NCBI GenBank assembly: GCA_965650685.1
Contig: CBFGPM010000001.1
Location: 57,415 to 121,414, forward strand
Origin: an uncultured Sediminibacterium sp.
GTDB lineage: Bacteria; Bacteroidota; Bacteroidia; Chitinophagales; Chitinophagaceae
Length of the DNA: 64,000 nt
Direction of reading: 5' to 3'
The stretch's first letter is position 1; every line of letters starts with the position of its first letter. The position numbers and the translations under genes are program-made. The notes under the pieces were generated by a model. It had not been told where the DNA came from. It saw only the letters and a program-made list of their open reading frames with translations, and did not search any database. Below are positions 16,550 to 25,447 of the stretch, one piece after another.

Positions 16550-18946
16550 TCACGCCAGTTTCAAACGCTTTGAAGCCAGGTTACTCAAACCAAATGTGAT
16601 CAAGAGGATACTAATACTGCTACAAGGCATTAAAATAGCAGCAATCATGGGAGACAAAGTACCCTGTACGGCAAAAAACAATCCCACTATATTGTATAAT
16701 ATAGATATTACAAATGCAGACATAACAATCACCCTGTTAAACCTGCACATGTTGATTAATTGAAACAGTTTCGGTAAACTGCCAGCTTCAATAATCGCAT
16801 CACTGGCGGGGGTAAAGTTGTTGCTGTTATCAGTAATAGCCACACCTACATCGGCTTGTTTCAAAGCACCTGAATCATTCAGACCATCTCCTATCATCAA
16901 CACATGTTTACCATCCTGCTGCATGCTTTTCAATACTTCAAGCTTGTCTTCCGGCTGCTGGTTAAAATACAGTTCAGACCGTTGCCCTAATAACTTACGC
17001 AGATAAGGCAATTCACCATCATTATCTCCACTCACCACTGCTATATGAAATTTTGATTGAAGTTGTCTCAACAACATGGGCACAGACTGTCGATAGTGGT
17101 TCCTGAACCTGAAACGCCCCAGTAACTTACCTTCTACAGATAAATACACAACAGAGCTTTCATCATTTTGTGTTTTACCAGTAATAAAAAGTGCTGAGCC
17201 AAGCGCTACCAGATCGCCATCAACCATTCCTTCAATGCCCTTTCCAGGAAACTCTTCAAATGCGAGGAATGGTTCTTTAAGTGGTTTGCCTGCCCAGGCG
17301 GCAATGCCTTTACTTAGCGGGTGGGTAGACTGCGCAGCCAGGGTGGCTACTTTTTTGCGTATTGTTGCATCGATTGGCTTACCGTCATACACAACTTCCA
17401 TTTCTGTACCGGCAGTAAGGGTGCCGGTTTTATCAAATACAATAGTATCAATTGATGCCAGTTTCTCGATTACAGTAGCATGTCTTAAATAAAAATGATT
17501 ACGTGAAAGTATCCGCAGGATATTTCCATTGGTAAAAGTATTGCTTAACAAAAGGGCACATGGACAAGCAATAATTAAAACTGCTGTTACAGCATTCCAG
17601 CTTCTGCTGGCATCTTGCCAAAACCAATATATACCTGCCGCTAATGCTACGCCAAATACTACCCAGGTAAACCAACGGCTCAGTTCATGAACAAATGAAT
17701 TTTCATTATTCGCTTCTGTTTTGAACACATCTTTGTTCCATAAACGGGTCAGGTAACTTTGCGCCACTTCTTTTATCACCAGCACTTCTATATTACCACC
17801 CACCTGTTTACCTCCTGCATATACAATTTCTCCCATTTCTTTGGATACAGGCAGTGTTTCACCCGTTACAAAACTATAATCAATCAAGGCCCTTCCCCGG
17901 GTAATAATGCCATCTGCGGGTATCAATTCCTGGTGGTGAATGAGTAAAGTATCATTTAATTTAATATCCGGAAGTGTAACTGTTACTGATTCTTCGTCTT
18001 TAATCCTGGTAACTGCCACCGGAAAATAAGAAGTGTAGTCGCGATCGAAATTGAGTTGACGATGTGTTCTGTCTTGCAATACCCTGCCAGCAAGCATGAA
18101 GAAAACGATACCGGTCATTGAATCAAAATAACCACTTCCGGTGCCTGTAATTACTTCGTATAAACTGCGGGCAAATGTTACCCAGATAGCCAAAACAATT
18201 GGGGCATCTATATTAAGAAATTTCTGTTTGAGTGCATTCCAGGCACTGGTATAAAATTCACCTGCACTATAAAAGAAAACCGGCAAGCTTAGTATAAGAT
18301 TAAGGTAGCGGAAGAAAATCAGTAACTGCCCTTCTTTTTCATCAATACCAAGGTATTCAGGAAAACTCATGAGCATGATGTTGGCAAAACAAAATCCGGC
18401 CACGCCTAACCGGAATATTTTTTTTCTGTCGGTTACCGGTTTCTTTTTCCCAAGATCGTTATAGCTGATATAGGGCTCATAGCCGATGCCCGTAAGCAGT
18501 TCGGCTAATTGTCTTAAACTGATGAGGTTATGGTTGAAAACAATATCAGCTTCTTTTCTTTCAAAATTTACTTTGCAACTAACCACTCCCTTATTCAATC
18601 TGTATAATTGCTCAAGCAGCCATAAGCAACTGCTGCAATGCATTTGCGGCAGATAGAAATTTACATGTGTTTGATTAGTATCTCTGTAACTAATCAGCGA
18701 CTGTTGAATCGCTACATCTTCCAGGAATGCAAATTTGTCGGCACGAACAATGATTTTTTGCGACTGACCCGGGTTTTTATTCAGGTCGTAATAGGTGCAC
18801 ATTTCATGTTCGTTCAATATCTCATAAACCATTTTACAGCCCTCACAACAAAAGTGTTTGTCGTGCGCCTGTATATCTGTGTCTTTGCAGGTTTCACCAC
18901 AATGGTAACAGAGGGTTTCTGTATGAATATGACTTCCTTTATGCAT
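16550..18946 (-). CDS. ccoI: copper-translocating P-type ATPase (CcoI/FixI type)
   Basis: 798 aa with the DKTGTLT phosphorylation site, the CPC transport motif (IIACPCALL), GDGLND, and N-terminal Cys pairs (CYHCGETC, CCEGC). Confidence 0.9.
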   Translation of the reverse strand: MHKGSHIHTETLCYHCGETCKDTDIQAHDKHFCCEGCKMVYEILNEHEMCTYYDLNKNPGQSQKIIVRADKFAFLEDVAIQQSLISYRDTNQTHVNFYLPQMHCSSCLWLLEQLYRLNKGVVSCKVNFERKEADIVFNHNLISLRQLAELLTGIGYEPYISYNDLGKKKPVTDRKKIFRLGVAGFCFANIMLMSFPEYLGIDEKEGQLLIFFRYLNLILSLPVFFYSAGEFYTSAWNALKQKFLNIDAPIVLAIWVTFARSLYEVITGTGSGYFDSMTGIVFFMLAGRVLQDRTHRQLNFDRDYTSYFPVAVTRIKDEESVTVTLPDIKLNDTLLIHHQELIPADGIITRGRALIDYSFVTGETLPVSKEMGEIVYAGGKQVGGNIEVLVIKEVAQSYLTRLWNKDVFKTEANNENSFVHELSRWFTWVVFGVALAAGIYWFWQDASRSWNAVTAVLIIACPCALLLSNTFTNGNILRILSRNHFYLRHATVIEKLASIDTIVFDKTGTLTAGTEMEVVYDGKPIDATIRKKVATLAAQSTHPLSKGIAAWAGKPLKEPFLAFEEFPGKGIEGMVDGDLVALGSALFITGKTQNDESSVVYLSVEGKLLGRFRFRNHYRQSVPMLLRQLQSKFHIAVVSGDNDGELPYLRKLLGQRSELYFNQQPEDKLEVLKSMQQDGKHVLMIGDGLNDSGALKQADVGVAITDNSNNFTPASDAIIEAGSLPKLFQLINMCRFNRVIVMSAFVISILYNIVGLFFAVQGTLSPMIAAILMPCSSISILLITFGLSNLASKRLKLA

Positions 18947-19523
18947 GATCCGTTGTTGTGCGTTGATTGGTTAGTCTTGGATATAAACTGCTTTGCTCAA
19001 AATGAATCCAGCGTAATACATCAGTTTCCATCTGAAACATTTCATTCACACAAGATTTTAAGCTTTGTGACCAACTGGGGTGTGTGATATAATGATGCAT
19101 CAGTTGACGCATTTTTTGCAGTAATTCAATCAGCAATTCATGTGTATGCAGCATTGTTTCAACCACTTTAGGTTGAATAGTAATTTTGTCTTTACTAATT
19201 TGTTGCTGAATAAAAGGAAAAATGATCCCTGTTTCCTTTTTGAATGTGTGGGTTAATTCGTCTTCAATTTTTTGAAAAACGAGTTGCACTATTTCTGAAA
19301 CAGGTGCTGGCAACTCATCGATAGATGCATGTTTATCAAGGTAGCTGCGTATGTTGGCACAGGATGCCAGAATAGGGGCATGGTAAGTAGCTGGGATAAT
19401 TTGACAAATTTCTCCCAATGTTTCCTTCCCCTGAGATAACTGGCTACCGGCCTGCAACAACATGATGAATTTATTTGTTGCAAGGTAGTTGTGCCGCAAA
19501 AGCTCAACTATGATACTACTCAA
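18939..19523 (-). CDS. hypothetical protein, possibly hemerythrin-like (HHE) domain
   Basis: 194 aa that overlaps the ccoI start by 8 nt. It has two H..E....(F/Y)P patterns (HTFKKETGIIFPF and HFEQSSLYPRL) resembling HHE cation-binding repeats. The assignment is tentative. Confidence 0.35.
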   Translation of the reverse strand: MSSIIVELLRHNYLATNKFIMLLQAGSQLSQGKETLGEICQIIPATYHAPILASCANIRSYLDKHASIDELPAPVSEIVQLVFQKIEDELTHTFKKETGIIFPFIQQQISKDKITIQPKVVETMLHTHELLIELLQKMRQLMHHYITHPSWSQSLKSCVNEMFQMETDVLRWIHFEQSSLYPRLTNQRTTTDHA

Positions 19524-19547
19524 GCCAAAACATGATTTTTATCATGT

Positions 19548-20261
19548 TTAGTCTTGCAGGTTCGCCGTCTGAACCAATAATTGGTGTTTGAGGATTTTTA
19601 TTTTCTTGCCATCCAGTTCAACCATACCATCTTTCTTAAAATCAGACAGCAGGCGAATGGTAGATTCTGTAGCGGTGCCGACTAAATTGGCTATTTCTTC
19701 GCGAGACAAGCGCACATTGAGTGTTGTACCATCTGCTTCAAAGCCATAGGTTTCTTTGATAAATAAAAGTGTTTCGGCTAATCTTTCCCGGATGGGTTTT
19801 TGAGCGAGGTGAGTAAGTTTAACTTCTGTTTTATGTAATTCGTCACTCAATAATTTCATCATCTCAAAAGCAAGACCTGTGTCGTTTTTGAGTGCGGTTA
19901 CAAATATTTCTTTAGGAATAAAACACACTTTGGTATCTTCCAGTGCCACCGCAGAAGCGCCATATCTGTCGCCACTGAGCAAAGCCCTGTACCCGAGCAC
20001 ATCACCGGAGTTCAGTAAGCGCACAATCTGCTCCTTACCATCATCGCCCTGGTGTGAAAGCTTAATTTTGCCATCGTTGATACAATAAACCCCGAAAGGA
20101 TAAGACCCTTCATGAAATAATACCTGCCCTTTTTTATAAGTATTACAGATTTTCTGCTCATTAATGGTTGTTACATACTCCTCCCTGGCCTTACAAAAGA
20201 TAGACTTAAACCGCTGAGCGCAAGTTTGACAAGTGGAAGAATCGTGGTCGGTATGCATCAT
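19548..20261 (-). CDS. fnr: Crp/Fnr family transcriptional regulator with FNR-like cysteines
   Basis: It has a cNMP-binding fold and a C-terminal HTH (REEIANLVGTATESTIRLL). N-terminal C11-x2-C14-x8-C23 plus C in TKVCFIP aligns with FNR cluster ligands. Confidence 0.8.
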   Translation of the reverse strand: MMHTDHDSSTCQTCAQRFKSIFCKAREEYVTTINEQKICNTYKKGQVLFHEGSYPFGVYCINDGKIKLSHQGDDGKEQIVRLLNSGDVLGYRALLSGDRYGASAVALEDTKVCFIPKEIFVTALKNDTGLAFEMMKLLSDELHKTEVKLTHLAQKPIRERLAETLLFIKETYGFEADGTTLNVRLSREEIANLVGTATESTIRLLSDFKKDGMVELDGKKIKILKHQLLVQTANLQD

Positions 20262-20274
20262 GGTGATTAAGGTA

Positions 20275-20282
20275 CAAAAATA
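20275..20282 (-). promoter_or_regulatory. -7 promoter box TATTTTTG for fnr
   Basis: Exact TAnnTTTG match on the minus strand, 13 nt upstream of the ATG at 20261. Confidence 0.4.
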
Positions 20283-20321
20283 TAACTTATTGACTATTGA
20301 TAATATTAAAAAAAATTGAAA

Positions 20322-21113
20322 TTACCAGTTCAAAAGCAGCTTTTGAAACGCTGATGAGTCGCCATTAAACACGTTACAGTCTATTTTCGACCTTATTCCA
20401 TTGATGGTACCTTGTTCACTATGTTGCCAAAAATGCCAGGAACGATTAATACGTGGTTTTTCCGGCTGAAAATAATGTGCCACCCAAAGAGGATATTCAT
20501 TAAACTCTTTACCGAGGTAACGTTCATAAAAGTCGGCATAAGTGTAGATCATTGGCTTAACGCGATAATAAGCCTCGATTTCTTTCAACCATTCCTTCAA
20601 TCTTTCACGCATCAAAGCAGGTTTTACGCCATATAGTTTTTCGATATCTACAACAGGTGGCAAATCGCCTTTTCGAAGGTGAACCTGACGAATAAATTGC
20701 AAAGCTTGTTTTTTACCGCTTTTGGTGGCTAAGAAGAAATGATAAGCTCCCCGAACCATTCCAGCCTCTTTTGCATCATCCCAGTTTTTATGAAACCGCT
20801 TGTCTGTATCATTCAACCCTTCCGTAGCTTTTATAAAAACAAAGCCCATACGTGTTTGCTGCTCCTTCATTCCATATACTGAAGGCCAGTGTACAGGGCC
20901 TTGATGGACACTTACATCGATGCCATGAATTTGAAAACCCGGGGGTAGTGGAACACCAAATGCTTCATAACGAACGGCTTCAAGCGTTCGCTCCCTTTGT
21001 TCTTCCCATTTATGCAGCAGGGTAAAATATAATATAAGCGCAAAGCCCCCTATCAGTAATACCAACCATAATTTTTGCTCCCTGTTCAGTCTACGGGTAT
21101 TTTTCCTTGCCAT
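20322..21113 (-). CDS. glycoside hydrolase family 25 (lysozyme/muramidase) with N-terminal TM anchor
   Basis: GIDVSVHQG and FVFIKATEG motifs match GH25. A TM segment (WLVLLIGGFALILYF) is present. Confidence 0.8.
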   Translation of the reverse strand: MARKNTRRLNREQKLWLVLLIGGFALILYFTLLHKWEEQRERTLEAVRYEAFGVPLPPGFQIHGIDVSVHQGPVHWPSVYGMKEQQTRMGFVFIKATEGLNDTDKRFHKNWDDAKEAGMVRGAYHFFLATKSGKKQALQFIRQVHLRKGDLPPVVDIEKLYGVKPALMRERLKEWLKEIEAYYRVKPMIYTYADFYERYLGKEFNEYPLWVAHYFQPEKPRINRSWHFWQHSEQGTINGIRSKIDCNVFNGDSSAFQKLLLNW

Positions 21114-21192
21114 AGCCGTACAAAAATCGGTTAAATAAGTATTCCTTAACTATCCGAGTTGATTAAGCAAAACAGTATTTGCACCTTTTTAG

Positions 21193-21200
21193 TAATTTTA
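21193..21200 (+). promoter_or_regulatory. -7-like box TAATTTTA, 5 nt before ATG 21206
   Basis: Near match to TAnnTTTG. It lies inside the TTG-started extension of the track ORF. Confidence 0.3.
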
Positions 21201-21205
21201 CACCG

Positions 21206-22237
21206 ATGGCTTATTTTAATTGGAATGACAGCGTAAATTTTCTCAGCAAGCTAACAGCTAAGCGTATTTGGAACAGTATTAAAGTTTACAGCAGTTACCA
21301 GCTCAGTAAATTCAGCAAGAAGCCAATACAATGGGGCTTACCTATTTCTATTTCATTTGAACCTACCACTTCCTGTAATCTAAGATGCCCCGAGTGCCCT
21401 AGTGGACTGCGTGCGTTTAGCAGGCCGACGGGAATGCTACAGAAGGATTTTTTTAAAGAAACCATCGACGATATTCATCAGCACCTGCTATACCTGATCT
21501 TTTATTTTCAGGGAGAACCTTATCTGAACCCAGATTTCCTCGATATGGTGAAATATGCTGCTGATAAAGGCATTTACACAGCCACTTCAACCAATGCACA
21601 TTACCTGACCGATGAAAAAGCCAGGAAAACAGTGGAGAGTGGTTTGGACAGATTAATCATATCCATTGATGGAACTACGCAGGATGTATACCAGCAGTAC
21701 CGGGTAGGTGGTAAACTGGATAAAGTACTGGAAGGTGCGCGAAATATAGTGAAGTGGAAAAAAGAACTGAATAGTAAAACACCTTTTATCTTTTTCCAGT
21801 TTCTGGTAGTAAAACCAAATGAGCATCAAATACAGGCCGTTAAAGAACTGGGTACTGAAATTGGGGTAGACCAGGTTCGTTTTAAAACAGCCCAGGTATA
21901 TGATTATGAAAATGATCCGCATAACCTGATTCCTGTTAACAATAAATACAGCCGTTATAAAAAAGACAAAAACGGAAATATGCAGGTAAAAAGCGGATTA
22001 ACCAACCGATGCTGGAAACTCTGGCATGCTAATGTAATTACATGGGATGGTCTGGTAGTACCCTGCTGCTTCGATAAAGATGCCATGCATCAACTGGGGA
22101 ATCTTAAAACACAAAGTTTTAAGCAAATCTGGTATAACGATAATTACCGGCAATTCAGGAGCGAACTCATGACCAGTAGAAAAAATATAGATATCTGCGC
22201 TAATTGCAGTGAAGGACTTAGTGTGTGGCAGGATTAA
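21206..22237 (+). CDS. radical SAM / SPASM domain protein, substrate unknown
   Basis: It has the CNLRCPECPSG (CxxxCxxC) cluster motif and a C-terminal Cys-rich SPASM-like region (CWKLW...VVPCCFD...CANCSEG). Start moved to the ATG at 21206. Confidence 0.8.
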   Translation: MAYFNWNDSVNFLSKLTAKRIWNSIKVYSSYQLSKFSKKPIQWGLPISISFEPTTSCNLRCPECPSGLRAFSRPTGMLQKDFFKETIDDIHQHLLYLIFYFQGEPYLNPDFLDMVKYAADKGIYTATSTNAHYLTDEKARKTVESGLDRLIISIDGTTQDVYQQYRVGGKLDKVLEGARNIVKWKKELNSKTPFIFFQFLVVKPNEHQIQAVKELGTEIGVDQVRFKTAQVYDYENDPHNLIPVNNKYSRYKKDKNGNMQVKSGLTNRCWKLWHANVITWDGLVVPCCFDKDAMHQLGNLKTQSFKQIWYNDNYRQFRSELMTSRKNIDICANCSEGLSVWQD

Positions 22238-22240
22238 TAA

Positions 22241-22332
22241 GTGAATGGTCAATGGTGAATTGTCAATGGTATTTTCCTAACTATTTAGGTTCATTAAGCA
22301 ATGCAATTCACAATTCACCATTGACCATTCAC
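22241..22332. repeat. 7-nt word hairpin (GTGAATG / GTCAATG family)
   Basis: GTGAATGGTCAATGGTGAATTGT (22241-22263) is the perfect reverse complement of ACAATTCACCATTGACCATTCAC (22310-22332). The stem is 23 bp and the loop 46 nt. Confidence 0.9.
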
Positions 22333-22351
22333 AGACCTTCTTAATTTTTCC

Positions 22352-22359
22352 TACATTTA
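22352..22359 (+). promoter_or_regulatory. -7-like box TACATTTA, 5 nt before ATG 22365
   Basis: Near match to TAnnTTTG. Confidence 0.3.
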
Positions 22360-22364
22360 CAACT

Positions 22365-22811
22365 ATGGGTATTGAAAAAGATATACAACAACAGCATTTC
22401 AGGAATGAGTACCAGAAGGCTTCTGTGAATATCATTTATTCTGCCAACTGGTTGAATGAGAAGATCAAAACCATGCTCGATCCGGATGATATCACCCCGC
22501 AACAATACAACATACTCCGTATTTTGAGAGGAAGCCATCAACCATTGAGTACATTACAAATACGTGCCCGCATGCTCGATAAAATGAGTGATACCAGCCG
22601 TATTGTAGAACGCCTGTTAAAAAAAGGACTGGTAGAGAAAAAAGTCTGCTCGGCTGATAAAAGACTGGTTGATGTGAGTATTTCTAAAAAAGGACTTACC
22701 CTTCTCGATAAACTCGATAAACGCAACTCAGAAATAGACCAGTTATTACAGGGCTTGTCAGAAACAGAAGCCAGCACCTTGAATAAATTACTTGATAAAA
22801 TGCGTGATTAA
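22365..22811 (+). CDS. MarR family transcriptional regulator
   Basis: 148 aa with a winged-helix region (ITPQQYNILRILRG...LSTLQIRARM...DKRLVDVSISKKG). Confidence 0.8.
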   Translation: MGIEKDIQQQHFRNEYQKASVNIIYSANWLNEKIKTMLDPDDITPQQYNILRILRGSHQPLSTLQIRARMLDKMSDTSRIVERLLKKGLVEKKVCSADKRLVDVSISKKGLTLLDKLDKRNSEIDQLLQGLSETEASTLNKLLDKMRD

Positions 22812-22884
22812 CTGCCTAATTGTTAATTTCTATACATTCTACTCGTTTTCATCCACAGTGCCTTATTTACCTTATGGGTGGCTT

Positions 22885-22892
22885 TATCTTTG
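22885..22892 (+). promoter_or_regulatory. -7 promoter box TATCTTTG, 4 nt before ATG 22897
   Basis: Exact TAnnTTTG match followed by AAAC and then ATG. Confidence 0.4.
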
Positions 22893-22896
22893 AAAC

Positions 22897-24378
22897 ATGA
22901 AATGGTTTCAACTCCTTTTGCTGTTTATTGTATTGTCTGTAAAGCCTCTTAGTGGTATTGCACAATATTCGCCTAACTACGAATTCAGGGCCGCATGGGT
23001 AGCCACTGTTGAAAATATTGATTGGCCCAGCAAAAGAACACTTTCAGTTGCTGACCAACAAGCCGAGTTTATACAATTAGTTGAAATGCACCGCCGCAAT
23101 GGCATGAATGCCCTGATAGTGCAGGTTCGTCCATCTGCCGATGCCTTCTACCCTTCTACACTTGAACCCTGGAGTGAATACCTTACCGGTAAACAAGGAC
23201 TACCCCCAAATCCGTATTACGACCCGCTCGCTTTCATGATCGCAGAAACACATAAACGTGGTATGGAATTTCATGCCTGGCTGAACCCATACAGGGCTGT
23301 GTTTAACATTATCCGATCTTCTGTTGCACCTAATCATGTTACCAAACAACACCCTGAATGGTTTGTAACTTATGGCGACAAAAAATATTTCAATCCCGGA
23401 TTAACAGAAGTTCGTAAACATGTGGCAGAAGTGGTGAAAGATCTTGTTAGCAGGTATAAGATCGATGCCATACACATGGACGACTATTTCTATCCATACA
23501 AAATCCCAGGTCGTGAATTTCCTGATCAGGCTACCTATGTAAAATATGGGAAGGGGATGGAAAAAGATGAATGGAGAAGAAGCAATTGTGATAGTATCAT
23601 CGTTCTCTTACAACAAACCATCCGCAAAGCAAATCCAAAAGTAAAATTCGGTATTAGTCCTTTCGGTGTCTGGAGAAACAAAAGTCAGGACCCCATGGGT
23701 AGTGAAACAAGATCAGGACCAACCAACTACGATGAACTTTATGCTGATGTATTACTCTGGCTGCAGAATGGCTGGATTGATTATATAGCGCCACAGTTAT
23801 ATTGGGAAAGAGGGCACCCATTAGCCAGCTATGATATTTTATTACGTTGGTGGAATGAGCATAGTTATGCCCGCCATTTGTATATTGGTCACGGCATTTA
23901 CCGCGCCGGCTCCAACACAGCCTGGAAAAACAGGGATGAAATTCCTGCACAGATAAAAGCTCTTCGTAGCTACGAAAACACACAGGGTAGTATTTATTAC
24001 AACAGCAATGTCTTCAACCGCAACCCCAACGGCTGGAACGATAGTTTACAACAAAATTACTATCGCTATCCGGCACTGGTACCACCTATGTTTTGGTTAG
24101 ATAATACCATTCCACCACAACCACTCGTTGAAAAAATCAACGAACATTCTTACCGACTGGTATATAAGGGTGAAGAAAGAATCAAAGGTTTTGCTGTATT
24201 TATGAATGATAGTAAAGGAGAACCTGATTTTGGAAACAGCCAACTTATTGAATTCATTGTTGGAGATAAAACAGCCACCGTAGATATCAATAAACACGCT
24301 GAAGCCAAAGGGAAAAAGATACTCATAGCCTCAGTTGACACAGACAACAATGTAAGTCCGCTCAGGTTGCTCAACTAG
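22897..24378 (+). CDS. glycoside-hydrolase-like GHL10 (DUF187/YngK-like) family secreted protein
   Basis: It has a signal peptide and EFRAAWVATVENIDWPS near the N-terminus, typical of the GHL10 family. Confidence 0.7.
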   Translation: MKWFQLLLLFIVLSVKPLSGIAQYSPNYEFRAAWVATVENIDWPSKRTLSVADQQAEFIQLVEMHRRNGMNALIVQVRPSADAFYPSTLEPWSEYLTGKQGLPPNPYYDPLAFMIAETHKRGMEFHAWLNPYRAVFNIIRSSVAPNHVTKQHPEWFVTYGDKKYFNPGLTEVRKHVAEVVKDLVSRYKIDAIHMDDYFYPYKIPGREFPDQATYVKYGKGMEKDEWRRSNCDSIIVLLQQTIRKANPKVKFGISPFGVWRNKSQDPMGSETRSGPTNYDELYADVLLWLQNGWIDYIAPQLYWERGHPLASYDILLRWWNEHSYARHLYIGHGIYRAGSNTAWKNRDEIPAQIKALRSYENTQGSIYYNSNVFNRNPNGWNDSLQQNYYRYPALVPPMFWLDNTIPPQPLVEKINEHSYRLVYKGEERIKGFAVFMNDSKGEPDFGNSQLIEFIVGDKTATVDINKHAEAKGKKILIASVDTDNNVSPLRLLN

Positions 24379-24387
24379 AAAGGAGGG

Positions 24388-24680
24388 ATTTTTGATCTTT
24401 GATTTTTTGATTTTGGGGGGTTATGCTGGTAATTAAGCCGCGTGATACGAACAGGACTTTCTTCGGGAGTTCTTCGGGAAAACAGGGGGTTTCTTCGGGG
24501 TTTCTTCGGACATCCTTCGGTAATCCTTCGAGAACTCTCGAAGCGGCTTCGGGAAATACCGAAGGATTACCGAAGAAAACACGACCATGATTCGAAGAAA
24601 TACCTGTCTTGATCTTTGATCTTTGAATTTTGACTTTTGACTTTTGACTTTTGATTTTTGATTTTGGGAGTATGCTAGTG
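24388..24680. repeat. composite repeat: TGATCTT/TGACTTT heptamer tracts flanking a CTTCGG-word palindromic core
   Basis: The flanks are direct repeats ending in TTGATTTTGGGGGGTTATGCTGGT (24407-24430) and TTGATTTTGGGAGTATGCTAGT (24657-24678). The core contains GGTAATCCTTCG (24519-24530) paired with CGAAGGATTACC (24560-24571). Confidence 0.85.
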
Positions 24681-24694
24681 TATAGGAACGCCAA

Positions 24695-25186
24695 CTATAG
24701 TCTATTCTCCCCGCTGCCAGACCATTTCCCAAAACGTTCTTCTACTGCGGTAAAGCGGTATTCAAATATTTGCTTAAGCTGGCGGCGTACAAGCAGGGTA
24801 TTGGCTATATCTCCAAGTATCCAGAATGGTAGTTTATAATGAACGATATCTGTCATTTCAACCCCTCCCTCAATGGCTCTAAAGTGATGTTGATGGTGCC
24901 ATAAGCTATAAGGTCCGAAACGTTGTTCGTCCACAAAAAACTGCTGATTTACTACATGGGTTATTTCGGTCATCCAATATAAGGGTATACCAAGAATGGG
25001 TTTCACTTTGTATTCAATAACCTGTCCCTGATACATCGTATTTCCATGGTGCTTGCTAATGATATTAAAACCAAGGTTTGCAGGTGTAATTTCTTTCAGG
25101 TTCTCTGGCCTGCTGAAAAAATCCCAGGCCTGTTCTAATGAAACCGGTATTTGCTGAATTGTTTTTAATGAATATACTCTCGACAT
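24695..25186 (-). CDS. SRPBCC (START/polyketide-cyclase-like) family protein
   Basis: 163 aa from the internal Met (MSRVYSLKTIQQIPVSLEQAWDFF...). The upstream 32 codons of the track ORF run into the repeat and were discarded. Confidence 0.6.
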   Translation of the reverse strand: MSRVYSLKTIQQIPVSLEQAWDFFSRPENLKEITPANLGFNIISKHHGNTMYQGQVIEYKVKPILGIPLYWMTEITHVVNQQFFVDEQRFGPYSLWHHQHHFRAIEGGVEMTDIVHYKLPFWILGDIANTLLVRRQLKQIFEYRFTAVEERFGKWSGSGENRL

Positions 25187-25274
25187 GGGTCTGTTTCGGT
25201 TAATAACAGCTAACGTACCAAAAGGTTTAGCTCCATGTAGGCAAGCGCAAATAAAATAGCATTGACTGTCTGTT

Positions 25275-25356
25275 GGCTGCAAGCTACTAGCCTCTAGCTG
25301 CTAGCCTAGATTGGTGCTATTTTTAGGCTTGCAGCTTGCGGCTTGTAGCTTGAAGC
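25275..25356 (+). repeat. minimal family A unit (word arms plus degenerate core)
   Basis: GGCTGCAAGCTACTAGCCTCTAGCTGCTAGCC TAGATTGGTGCTATTTTTA GGCTTGCAGCTTGCGGCTTGTAGCTTGAAGCC. The arms are inverted complements, for example GCTGCAAGC with GCTTGCAGC. Confidence 0.8.
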
Positions 25357-25435
25357 CAGTTTTACCCGGCCTGCAATGGCAATATGGACCATATACCATA
25401 AGCTATAAGCCCTATCTCCATTCTTCTCTTTAAAC

Positions 25436-25443
25436 TATCTTTA
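25436..25443 (+). promoter_or_regulatory. -7-like box TATCTTTA, 4 nt before ATG 25448
   Basis: Near match to TAnnTTTG followed by TTGC and then ATG. Confidence 0.3.
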
Positions 25444-25447
25444 TTGC

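Noticed and set aside
18638-19087. 149-aa plus-strand ORF
   Set aside because: It is antisense to the ccoI start and the hemerythrin-like gene, both of which have strong coding evidence.
20290-20303. Possible FNR autoregulatory box TTGACTATTGATAA upstream of fnr
   Set aside because: The second half-site (GATAA) does not match ATCAA in the required orientation, so the sequence is not palindromic.
24371-24732. Two overlapping minus-strand ORFs of 107 and 99 aa
   Set aside because: They are translations of the heptamer and CTTCGG repeats (SKIKSQKSKVKIQRSKIK, low complexity). They overlap each other in different frames and have no promoter or protein-like features.
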